Assembly: GCF_020745735.1 (NCBI RefSeq)
Contig: NC_083426.1
Span: 12,152,001 to 12,216,000, forward strand
DNA: 64,000 bases
Direction of reading: 5' to 3'
Origin: Hemiscyllium ocellatum
Lineage: Eukaryota
Part shown: in pieces, positions 52,664 to 64,000 of the stretch
How positions within the stretch are numbered: position 1 is the first letter of the stretch
Layout of the letters: each line of letters begins with the position of its first letter
Notes under the pieces: model-generated
What the model saw: the letters and a program-made list of their open reading frames with translations, nothing else
Told to the model about the DNA's origin: nothing
The model's database searches: none
Program-made: the position numbers and the translations under genes

Positions 52664-52684
52664 CCTTCCTATATCCTCTTCCTC
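52664..52684 (+). promoter_or_regulatory. Candidate proximal promoter ETS motifs of receptor B
   Basis: ccttcctatatcctcttcctc, aligning with 41250-41270. Confidence 0.35.
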
Positions 52685-52787
52685 ATTTCAATTCTTGTAG
52701 ACGTTGCATTATACACTTATTTCAATGTGAGAAACAAGAGTTGAGAGACTGACATCAAGAACTGAACTGATCTTTGTGAATAACACA

Positions 52788-52824
52788 ATGGGGATTTTGA
52801 TTCTCTTCATTTGTTCCATTCCTG
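52788..52824 (+). CDS. Leader exon of CD300/pIgR-like receptor B
   Basis: Encodes MGILILFICSIP, then a phase-1 donor G|gtgagtgacc. Flanks align with receptor A leader region. Confidence 0.85.
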
Positions 52825-52899
52825 GTGAGTGACCATCTGAGTTAGTTGCATGTTCAGATAATCAATGTTTGTTGAAGTCCACTCTCTGCTTTATACAGT

Positions 52900-52978
52900 A
52901 AAAAAAATCACACTATAAGCTGGTGTTGTGTGATTTTTAACTTTGTCCACCCAGTCCAACACCAGCTCCTCCACACCA
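52900..52978 (+). mobile_element. Short Penelope-tail insertion in intron 1 of receptor B
   Basis: 13-bp direct repeat TGCTTTATACAGT (52887-52899, 52979-52991); the site is empty in receptor A near 41465. Confidence 0.75.
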
Positions 52979-55412
52979 TGCTTTATACAGTGAAGATGCT
53001 TCAATATTTGGAGACATGTAAAGGCACAAAGGAAGCTCTTGTGACACGATGGGTAACATTGTTATTGCCATGACAAATGCTCAGTGTTCGATTCTCATTC
53101 CAGCACATTTTGCAAAGGAATGTGTATTCTCACAAAGCCAAACAGGTTCATTATCAACCTGCAAATCTTTCCAAAATGTGCAGGGCAGGGAGTAAGAGTG
53201 GGTGAGGTTCCAGATCAGCCTCATCCAATGCAGAGTGACACCCCTCACATTACAGCAACTGGTTCAGACGAATGACCTGTTCCTGGAAGAACAAGCTGCG
53301 GAAAACAGACATGATTCAAGTATTTCACCTCTTGAGTACTTTTAAAGGATTCCAGGAATGGGATAAGGGGCTGGAGTTGGGGCTTTGTCTGTGTGGGATG
53401 ATCTTTGGAGGGTCAGTGCAGACTCAATGGGCTGAATGGCTTATTTCTGCAACATAGGGATTCTACAATTCGATTCAAGTATTTCACCTATTGAGTACTT
53501 TTAAACTCTCTCACAGCATGTGCTTTGTCTGCCTCAGGCAACTCGAAATATCTAAGACTTTGTTATTTAAAGGGAATGTTGTATCTTCTTCTAAAAATGT
53601 TATCCTACCGTGGGCTACAGTAAACAAACAATGTAGAGGTGCATTAACTATTTGGAATGAAATAAAAAGAACATAATTTTGTTTAAACTGAAAAAGCAGA
53701 AAAATTAAAATGAAAACCTATTTCAATCAGATGCAAACTTCTAATGTTGCTTGACTTTCAAAATCCATTAAAAGGTGGAGTGGTCAGAAGCTCCCAAACA
53801 AAACAATTTTGATTTTTCATTATTTACTTTCCTATTAAAATGCCATTAATTCAATATTTTTTACTGAGGCTATTGCATAAAAATAGCTGGTTGGTTTATA
53901 TTTCACCTCCCACAAGAAGCCTTTTTACTTTCAGTCTTTGACCAACTTTAACCAAGTTATTTATGCTTTTTCAATCCCATTGATTTTAACATTGCAATGT
54001 AACATTGTAATAAAGCTATTGTTCAACATTTTCACCTCTCCTTCTTTGTGATAGATTTTTTCAAGATAATTTCAAGCACATATTAATAAAATTCCCAATG
54101 TTGCATGACCCTTGACTGCAACTCAGTGAATTCTGTGAGATCAAATCTGCCTGGAACATGTTGTGGTTTATGCCCACTCATTTCATGCAGAGTACTTTAC
54201 AGACAGAGAACTGAAGCGTGCATCTGTTTCACAAACCCCTTTATTTCAAAGCTTCCTCTTTCCAAGAAGGTTTCTTTCTCCTGACTTCCATCAGCCTTCC
54301 TCATTCATGTATTCCTCATTCCTCATTCTCTTCTCTCCAGTCTACATTTCAATTCCATTCTGTCATTTCAGTCAAGAATCATTCCCCAAACAAAGTTGGT
54401 CTGGTAGTTATTGAAGTAAATGAGAAATTGAGGACTGCAGATGCTGGAGATCAGAGTTAGAAAGTGTGGCAAAGCACAGCCCGTCAGGCAGAACCTGAGA
54501 AGCAGGAGATTCAATGTTTCTGGATAAGCCTTTCATTAGGAATTTATTGATGTAAAGTCTACCCAGTCATCAACAGGCTGTTCCTCTTCCACACCAGGAC
54601 AAAACGTGGCAGCAATTTAAACATTTTCCCATGAAGCATCTCATCTGGAACAATCAGTAAATTAGTTCTGTCGTTTTATTATCTATACAATTACAACAAT
54701 GTGTGATTACAAATAATCCTGCCTTTACTGTCCCCAAGATTCTGCACATTGATTTCTCTCTCCCATCGTGAACCATCCTTTGCTGAACTTCAATTCTCTT
54801 CCTTTCCCAATTGAGGTCTCTCATCATCTTCCTGGGTCACCTGTTGTATCTGCCCATTGAACCCTGAAAATGCAGCCCTGGAGCCCACCATGAGTCTACA
54901 CACAGCCCCCCTCTCCTCCCTGGATGAAACCCTCCTTCTCCAGTTGGAGTAAGGACCCTTCAGCACCTGTACCCTCCTTCACACTGATCCCCAATCGACT
55001 CCAATCCAGGCCTGTCACTCAGGCTGCTATCCAGGGGGACAACATTTCGATGATGGAGTTAGAGCTCACAGCAGGCAGCACAAACCCAATTTCAAGATTG
55101 TCCCAAAGCACGACCAGTGGGGTAAGAAAATATCCTGACTGTTTCAATCATTCCCTTGGAATTTGGAACATTCTGAAACTCTGATAAGGGATTAGATTCC
55201 CTACAGTGTGGAAACAGGCCCTTCGGCCCAACAAGTCCACGCCGACCCTCTGAAGAGTGACCGACCCAGACTGCTACCCTATATTTACCCCTCAACCACT
55301 GTTCCACGTCAATTGCTCTCACCGGAAGGTGGATGTAATGTAGCTAATCAAAATGTGTCTCGGTATATTAAGCATCTTTTCTAGTCAAGTGTTTGACATG
55401 TTTTCTCCTCAG

Positions 55413-55727
55413 TTTCAGGTGCTTTATGGGCAGAAACACTTGCAACGGGAATTTTGGGAAGAACAATCACAATAGCTTGCAATTACAATTCACGGTGGTA
55501 CCAGCCAAGCATGAAATATTGGTGTCACGGATGGACTCGTGATTGTAAGGTCATAGCAACGACAAATTGGCAGACTGGGAGAATATCAATCACTGACAAC
55601 AAAACACAAGGAATATTTCTTGTCACAATGAAGAATCTTCAATGGGGAGATGCCGGATGGTACAGCTGTGGGATTGACACTCCTGGCCTTGACCCACATT
55701 TTAATGTAAAGCTGCACATCTCTGAAG
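55413..55727 (+). CDS. V-type Ig exon, receptor B
   Basis: Acceptor ttctcctcag|, donor G|gtaaag, 315 nt. Encodes MKYWCHGWTRDC..DAGWYSCG; 82 of 104 aa identical to receptor A. Confidence 0.93.
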
Positions 55728-55860
55728 GTAAAGGACTCATTTTATTTTAAAATTACTCTCTGCTGATATATCTGATCAGTGTTTTATTCAGGAAGAAAAC
55801 TGACAAAGCATTGGAGGATATTTGATCTTTGATCTCTCAATAATTGTTTCTTTCCCACAG

Positions 55861-56184
55861 AAGCCGTCTCTGTTCCTGGGCTTCGATTTTTATCCCAACC
55901 AAATGTCTCATGTTCTGGGGGGTCAGTGACAGTCTCCTGTGAGTCTGCCCGGGGATCCCTCCCCATTCACTACGCATGGTCTGAGAAGATGCCATCACAA
56001 GATTCAAAGATCTCTGACACCAATAAACTGGATCTACATTGTCAATCCTTCACACAGCAGCATCATCAATATTACTGCACAGCCTCAAATACTCAGGGAA
56101 CAAAACCCAGTGAAATGGTTAATGTGTCAGTCAACAATGTAAGACAGAAGAACTGCAGTTATAGGATACAGATCAACAGCATCG
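55861..56184 (+). CDS. C2-type Ig exon, receptor B
   Basis: Acceptor tttcccacag|, donor G|gtaagt, 324 nt; nearly identical to the receptor A C2 exon. Confidence 0.9.
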
Positions 56185-56989
56185 GTAAGTGTGATGTAAA
56201 CAATGTTTATTTATTATCTCACTCTGAAAAACTGTAATTGAGAAAATGCACTCCATTTGTCTTATCGTCTGTTCTGAACAAAGCCAACTCTTTGCACTGT
56301 GCTTGGAAAATGAGGAGGAGCATAAAATACTATCCACAGCATGCATAAACATTTCAACAACTCCAATAACCTCTGCAAATTAAAACAATGATTGATTAAC
56401 AAATTATTTGCATTTTTCTAAGAGATGGAATTATCAAATTCAGTACATGACTATTGTGTCCAGATTTTGGACAGGTATTGGGGATAGAGAGGAGATCAGT
56501 TGTACAATGAAATACCTGTAAATATTGCCTGCAGCCATTTCCTGATCTGATCTGTTTGAGCTGTCAGAGAAGAAGTAAGTCAGCATCAAGTCGAAGTGAC
56601 ACACGGGAACTGTATTTGGAACTATCAGCAGCAGCTCATGTGGCTGCACTCTCACTTTTGATGCCAGCATGTTGGGGCTTCCAGTTCCCCTTCGGGGTTA
56701 AAATTCAGCTGGATCCCACTGCCCAGCAGAGAGAAGTAATGCTGTGCTGTGGCAGGTGAGACAGTGTCGATGAGGTGAGAAACTGAGAACCTGTTCCCCA
56801 TTTAGGAATGGCACCATTTGTAAACTAATTACAGAATAATGGTTCTCCTAGTGTCTGAGCAAGCATTCATTCCTCAATCAATGTTACTAAAAACAATCAG
56901 ATTTTTGAGAGAATTATTTCAATGGCATTGACTGCTGCAAATTAACTTTTACATTAAAAATCAAAAGAACTGTGCATGCTGTAAATCAG

Positions 56990-58915
56990 AAACAAAAACA
57001 AAATCCAAAAGGATTTTATGAATCTCTTAAGAACAAAAGGGTAACTAGAGAGATAATATGACCAATCCAAGATCAACAAATTGGCCTTTGTGTGGAACCA
57101 CAGGCAATGGGCAAGTACGAACCGAGTATTTTGCGTCAGTTTTACTGTTGAGAAAGACCTGGAGATACAGAATGTGGGGAAATAGATGATGACATCTTGA
57201 TGATGTCCATATTACAGAGGAGGAGGTGCTGGATGTCTTAAAGTGAATAAAGTTCCCAGGACCTGATCTGGTGTACCCTCGAACTCTGTGGGAAGTTAGG
57301 GAAGTAATTGTTGGGCATCTTGACGAGATATTCATACCAAAGATAGTCACAGGTGATGTGCCGGAAGATTGGTGATTGGCTATGCAATGCCACTATTTAA
57401 GAAAGTTGGTAAGGAAAAGCTCAGGAACTATAGGCAGGTATTGGGCAAGTTGTTGGAGGGTATCCTGACGGACATGATTCATATGCATTTGGAAAAGCAA
57501 GGACTGATTATGGATGGTCAACATGGCTTGGTGCGTGGGAAATCATGTCTCATGAGCTTGGTTGAGTTTTTTGAAGAAGTAATTAATGAGGGCAGAACAG
57601 TGGATGTGATCTACATGGACTGCAGTAAAGCTTTTGACAAGGTTCCACATGTTAGACTCGTAAGCAAGGTTAGATCATGTGGAATAGAGGGAAGAGAGAG
57701 GGTAATGGTGGAGGATTGCTTTTCAGACTGGAGGCCTGTGACCAGCGGTGTGCCACAAGGATCGGTGCTGGGTCAACTGCTTTTCATCACTTACATAAAT
57801 GATTTGGATGTGAACATATGAGGTATGGTTATTAAATTTGCAGATGACACCTAAATTGGAGGTGTAGTGAACAGCGAAGAAAGTTATCTCAGACGACAAT
57901 GGGATCTCGATAAGATGGGCCAGTGAGCCGAGGAGTTGTAGATGGAGTTTAATTTAAATAAATGTGAGGTGCTGCATTTTGGAAAAGCAGGACATATGCA
58001 TTTCATGGTAAGGACGTGGAGCGTGTTGCAAAACAAAGAGACCTTGGAATGCAGGTTCGTAGTTCCTTGAAAGTAGAGTCTCAGGCAAATAAGGTAGTGA
58101 AGAGATGTTTAGTATGCTTTCCTTTATTAGTCAGAGCATGGACACAGGAGTTGGGAGGTCGTGTTATGGCTGTACAGGACATTGGTTCGGCTACTTTTGC
58201 AATATTATGTGCAATTCTGGTCTCCCTCCTATCGGAAAGATTTTGTGAAATTTGAAAGGGTTCAGAAAAGATTGACAATGATGTATCCACGAGTGGAGGA
58301 TTTGAGCTACAGGGAGAGGCTGAATAGGCTGGGGCTGTTTTCCCTGGTGCATCGGAGGCTGAGGGGTGAACTTATGAAGGTTTATAAAATCATGTGGGCC
58401 AAGAGCAGAGTAAATAGACAATATCTTTTCCCTGGGGTGGGAGAATCCAGAACTAGAGGACATAGATTTAGGGTGAGGGGGGGGGGAAAGGTTTAAAAGT
58501 GACCTAAGTTGCAATGTTTTAAATCAAAGCTTTGTGCGTGTATGCACTGAGCTGCCAGATAAGTGGTGGAGACTGGTACAATTCCAACATGTGAAAGTTA
58601 TGATTTGGAGGAGCCGGGGTTGGACTGGCTGCATGACACCGTAATTTTTTGCTATAAATTCTGCGTCTGATGGTCCTGCTTCACAACCACCTGATGAAGG
58701 AGCACACTTCGAAAGGTAGTGCTTCCAGATAAACCTCTTGGACTATAACCTGGTGTTGTGTGATTTTGAACATATAAAAGGCATAATTAGCAAGGGTTGA
58801 GAGGGATAAGGGCCAAGTGCTGGCAAATGGGACTAGATTAGGTTAGGATATCTGGTCAGCAAAGATGAGTTGGACCGAAGGGTCTGTTTCTGTGCTTTAT
58901 TTCCCTGTGACTCTG
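56990..58915 (+). mobile_element. CR1 RT and 3' end with a Penelope insertion near 58590-58775
   Basis: QHGLVRGKSCLMSL; SGVPQGSVLGQLLFITYINDLD. Confidence 0.88.
58688..58721 (+). ncRNA. Degenerate hammerhead motif, second family
   Basis: CAC CUGAUGA A GGAG-caca-CUUC GAAA GG UA GUG; core intact but the stem III palindrome is broken. Confidence 0.45.
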
Positions 58916-58999
58916 TAGGAGTCCCTGGAGTGCCTGTGACTTTGAAATATGTTTAGGCCAGACACTGTTATAAACTTATGTTGATTTGACAGTACTACA

Positions 59000-60095
59000 A
59001 ACTCACACCTTGTCCTCATGCCTCAAGGTCTGCCCCCATTACATCCCTACCCACCCTGTCATCTAGACAGCCCTACACTACACCTCCTCCATTCTCTGCT
59101 CCACTGTTCTAAAACTGCTCCCCCCACCCTCTCACCAAACACAATAAGGACAGGGTGTCCTTTGTCCTTACCTTCCACCCCAGTCTCCGCCTCCAACATA
59201 TCATTCTTAAACACTTCTGTGAACTTCAACTACACACCATAACCAAGAATATCTTCCCCTCCCCACCCCCCTCCAGCTTCTGCAAAGACCGCTGCCTTCA
59301 TCACTTGTTGCTTCCCCCACTCATACCACCGAACCTCCAAACTCCCATTACCTTCCCCTGTAACCGTAAAAGATGCAAAACCTGCTGGTACACCTCCCCC
59401 CCCCCCCCCCCCCCACCTCCAGCCAGGCCCAAAACAGTCCTGCCAGGTGAAACAGAGGTTCACCTGACTCTCCTCCAACTGAGTTTACTGTATCCGCTGC
59501 ACCCAATGTGGTCTTCTCTATGTTGGGGAGACCAAACGTAAGCTTAGGGAATGGTTTGTTGAGCATCTCAGTCAGATCTGCAGAGGCCAACCGATCCCCC
59601 CGGTCACTGCCCATTTTAATTCCCTTTCCCACTCCATTTCCGACATGTCCATTCTTGGCCTCCTCCATTGCCACAGTGAATCAGATCGCAAATTGGAGGA
59701 ACAACACCTTATCTTCTGCCTGAGCAGTGTACAGCCTGGAGGACTCAATAATGAAATCTCCAATTTCAAATAGCCTCCATTCCCATCCCTGAACTTCTTT
59801 TCCAGCCCCTCCCCCTCCCTTCCATGACTCTGACTGACCCTTCCTTCCAGCTCCCAGCTGGACTCATCCTTTCCATCACCAAAAGCCTTATCCTCTACTA
59901 GTGTTCAGCTATCACTACCTCAACATTCCCCCCCTCCCCATCCAAAACACTCTTCCACAACACCACCCCCTTTACCTACAGCTCCCCTCACTGTCACCCC
60001 CAGGCCTGAAGAAAGGTTCCACCTGAAGCATCAACTTCTCCACCTCCTGATGCTGCCTGGCTTGTTGTGTTCTTCCAGCCTCTTGTTTGTCTACT
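59000..60095 (+). mobile_element. Penelope-like element 3' fragment
   Basis: TFPCNRKRCKTC, and YCIRCTQCGLLYVGETKRKL in a shifted frame; degenerate terminal motif near 60006. Confidence 0.75.
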
Positions 60096-60809
60096 CATAT
60101 TTAAGGAGCAAATTAACTCCAGCCTTTTTAGGTAGAAATACCAAGGTGGAGGCAAAAATCCAAATCATGTTGAAAGCTCACCCAGCCATCACAGGATATA
60201 ACAGGAGAGACCACTGAATCCCCCAGGAATACATTGTCCAGTGGGGACAGTGACCAGCTCAGTGTCTGGAACATTGTTTTTACATTTGACAAGGACGAGA
60301 AGGGGGATCTCAGGAATACAGTCCCACCAACCTCAGCCTTTAACAAGCATACAGCAATATCAATGTCCAGGTGGAGATCCAAACACAAATTATGTTGAAG
60401 CTAGGTCACTACCACATCTCTCCAGACAGGGGGAGTTAGAGAGAAATGAATTCAACAAAATCTATTATTCACAACAAGTTGTGACGTTCCATCAGTGAGG
60501 AGAGCTTTCATGGTTGTCTGCAAGTGAGACTCAGATGAAACTGAATATTTTCTTATGTCTCAATAGGAGAGGAATATTTTTGTGACAATTCCTCAACAAT
60601 TTCGGCAAAAACATCACGAACAACAAGAACATCTTCAGAATCCAAGTCTGTCACTAAAAGGTAGATCATTTTCATTGTCAATATTTCATTGATTCCAAGT
60701 GAGAATTGGTGATTTAGCATAAAGGTTTACAATAATTTCCACTTTCAGACTATGATTTATCAGAATGGAAAAGGTGGGTGATTGTGTACAGAGCAATTGT
60801 AGAGTCATA

Positions 60810-61050
60810 CAGTCATAGAGATGTACATGTGGAAACAGAGCCTATTGTCCAACTCGTCCATGCTGACCAGATATCCTAAACTAATCTAATCCCATTGACT
60901 AACTCTTGACCCATATCCCTCTAAAACCTTCCTATGCATATATCCATCCAGATTCCTTTTAAGTGTTGCAATTGTCCCAGCCTCCACCACTTTCTCTGGC
61001 AGCTCATTCCATAATGCACCACTCTCTGTGAAAAAGATGGCCCGTAGGTC
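60810..61050 (-). mobile_element. CR1 3' end
   Basis: Reverse tail (atagagtcat repeats). Confidence 0.75.
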
Positions 61051-61053
61051 CCT

Positions 61054-64000
61054 TTGTTTCAGGAGGCAGTCACACCTGGTAGATTAAGTAATTCAAACTC
61101 AGTCAGTGATCAGGGACAAAAGGGTGTGTTGAGTGAGCCAGGTAGGGGGATCCTGAGTTCAGGAACGAAGGAGTCTCAGCTTTTAACCTTTTCCAGCAGG
61201 TATGAGATGTTTGCTCCCTGTGTGGATGAGGAAAAGGGCGGTGGGGATGATGAGCTAGCTAACCACAGCACCATGGTGCAGAAGGCCATTCAAGAGGGGA
61301 GAGCTAAAAGACAAGTGGTCATTATAGGGGATTCTATAGTTAGTGGGATAGATAGCATCCTTTGCAAGACTGATCCGGAGTCCCGTATGGTGTGTTGTCT
61401 GCCTGCTGCCAGGGTGCAGGACATCTCTGGCCAGCTTGAAAGGATTTGGAGCTGGAGGGGGAAGGTCCAGTTGTTGTCCTCCAACAACATAGGCAAGGCT
61501 ATTACCGGTTTGAGGATTATCAACCCCAAGGAACGAAATGAAGGAACTGGTCCTCAAGGGTTATAATCTCCAGATTAATATACAAGCAATGTGTTTTGGG
61601 ATAAGAAAATTAAGGAAGTAAACATGTTGCTAAGGGAATGGTGCGGGAAAGAGGAGTTCCATTCATGGGGCATTGGCATCAGTTTTGGAACAGGAGGGAT
61701 CTGCATTGATGGGACGGTCTCGACCTTAAACGATCTGGACCAGTGTTCTAGAAAAAAATATAAATAGGGTGGTCACTAGGACTTTAAACTAGTGAGGTGG
61801 GGGGAAGGGAAGGGGAAACCGACAGGAAATATGATGGTAAATAACAAGGTAAGCCACAGGTTAGCATGTGTGCAGGACGGTTTATCGACAACGCAGATTA
61901 TGAGAAAAGTGAAAAGGAAGGATAATTTTAGAGATGATGAAAATCATGAGAGCATGAAAACTAGCATAAAGGCACTTTACTTGAATGTTCATAGCATTCT
62001 TAACAAGGTTAACAGCACAAATTATTGCGAATGAATAAGATTTAGTCACCATTACGGAGACATGGTTACAGGATGGTCACGACTACGGGTTAAATATCCA
62101 GGGCTAACAGACTAGAAGGTAAGGGAGGTGGTGTCACTCTGATATTCAAGGGTGACATCAGGGCCATGCTGAGAGATGATATAGGTTCTATGGAGAATAA
62201 GATTGAATCCATTTGGGTGGAAATTTGAAATTTTAAGAAGAAAATGTCACTGATAGGCATAGTCTATAGGCCACCAAATAATAACATCACATTAAGGTAG
62301 ACAATAAACAAAGAAATAACTAATGCCAATAAAAATGGTATGCCAATTATCATGGGGAATTTTAATCTACATGTGGACTGGTCGAACCAGCTCTGTCAGG
62401 GTAGCCTTGAGGAGGAGTTTGTTGAGTGTATCTGTGATAGTTTACTTGAACAGTGTGTAATGGAACCGACAAGGGAGCAAGTTATCCTAGATTTGGTCCT
62501 GTGTTTTGGGACAGGAATAATGAATGACTTCATAGTTAGGGATCCTCTTGGAATGAGTAATTACAGTATGGTTGAATTTAGAATACAGATGGAGAGAGTG
62601 AAGTTAAAATCCAATATCAGGGTCCTGTGTTTAAACAAGTGAGACTACGATAGGATGAGGGAGGACTTGGCTAAAGTAGACTGGAAACAAGACTTTATGG
62701 TGGGACAGTTGATGAGCAGAGGAGGACTTCCAAGCAATTTTTCAAAGTGCTCAGCAAAAGTATATTCCAGTGAATTGAAGGACTGTAAGGAAAGGGATAA
62801 TCTGCCATGGGTGTCTCAGGAAATAAGGGAGGCTATCAAATTGAAAGAGAAGGCATACAAAATGGCCAACATCAGTGGTATACTAAAAGGTTGAGAAAGC
62901 TTTAAAAGTCAACAGAAAGCCACAAAATAGCTATATATTAAAGTGAGGTAGACTATGAGAAAAACCTAGCACAGAATATAAAGACACATAGCAAAAGTTT
63001 CTACAGATATATAAACCAAAAAAGAATGGCTAAAATTAACATTGGTCTTTTAAAGGATGAGAAGGGTCATTTATTAATGAGATATGATGAAATGGCCAAG
63101 GCATTGAAAATATATTTTATGTCAGTTTTCACAGTAGAGGACACAAATAACATACCAGTAACTGACAAAGAGATGGAGGTAAGTGAGGCCCTGGGAACAA
63201 TCGTTATTATGGAAGAGCAAGTGTTGGGCAAACTAATGGAGCTCAGGACAGACAAGCCTCTTTGCCCTGATGGAATGCATCCCAGGGTGCTAAAAGAGAT
63301 GGTGAGAGAAATAACAAGATTTTCAGAAATTTGCTGGATACTAGGGCACTTCCAGCAGATTGGAAAACAGCAAATATGACGCCACTGTTTAAAAAGGACA
63401 GTAGACAAATGATGGGGAATTGTAGACCGGTTAGCTGAACCTGTCATGGGGGAGTTGCTTGAGCCCATTATCAAGGAAGAAATAACAAGAAATCTCAGTA
63501 GAAATTGTCCCATTAGGCAATCGCAGTGTGGGTTCATGAAAAGCAGGTCATGCCCTTTTGGAATTCTATGAAAACATTATGAGCACTGTGGACAGTGAGG
63601 ACCCAGTAGACGTAGTGCACCTGGATTTCCAAAAGGCCTTTGATAAGGTGCTACATAAGAGGTTGCTGCATGTGATAAAGATGCATGGCATTAGGGGTAA
63701 AGTATAAGAGGATAGAGGATTGGTTAACAACAGGAGCCAAAGAGTGGGGATAAATGAGCGCAATTCTGGTTGGCAATCAGTAACAAGTGGTGTGCCTCAG
63801 GGATCGGTGCTGGGACCACAATTATACACAATTTATATAGATAATTTGGAGTTGGGGATCTGATGTACGGGGTCATAGTTTGCAGATGACACTAAGGTGA
63901 GTGGCAGAGCAAAGTGTGCAGAGGATTGTGAAACTTTGCACAGGAACATAGATAACTTATGTGATTGGCAAAGTTCCGGCCGATGGAATACATTGTTAAT
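61054..64000 (+). mobile_element. Long CR1 LINE: ORF1 esterase-like remnant plus ORF2 endonuclease/RT, runs off the window
   Basis: QVVIIGDSIVSGID..MVCCLPAARVQD (ORF1); IIMGNFNLHVDW, EPTREQVILDLV (endonuclease); PDGMHPRVLKE, SGVPQGSVLGPQL (RT). Confidence 0.88.

Noticed and set aside
56421-56756. Possible stalk/TM exons of receptor B
   Set aside because: Phases and hydrophobicity are unconvincing; no match to the 4.2/36-kb TM exon.
1-64000. Prokaryotic operon, defence system or CRISPR locus
   Set aside because: The sequence is spliced, SINE/LINE-rich vertebrate DNA; most listed short ORFs are chance or repeat-derived.

Overview
Repeat-dense vertebrate genomic DNA, almost certainly from a shark or other elasmobranch: it carries many HE1-type SINEs, CR1/HER1-type LINEs and Penelope-like elements, and has one 250-N gap. 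The host content is a birth-and-death cluster of CD300/pIgR-like immunoglobulin-superfamily receptor genes. Two plus-strand paralogs (A, 41.3-48.3 kb; B, 52.8-56.2 kb) have intact leader, V-type Ig and C2-type Ig exons, but no transmembrane exon is recognisable for either inside the window. The minus strand carries a frameshifted V exon (9.2-9.5 kb), an intact two-ITIM cytoplasmic exon (6.3-6.6 kb) and a decayed TM plus short-tail exon pair (3.9-4.4 kb). That pair recurs inverted at 36 and 38 kb inside a 1.9-kb tandem duplication. Less obvious structure: minimal hammerhead ribozyme motifs in Penelope termini, a 232-bp near-perfect palindrome, an unusually conserved 260-bp cassette with adjacent NF-kB-like/AP-1/PU.1/RFX-like motifs, a Tigger/Jerky-like transposon interrupted by a MITE, and a 21 x 57-bp minisatellite that resembles a CR1 tail. 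All homologies were judged by eye. Transposable-element boundaries are approximate, and single-base indels could be assembly errors.
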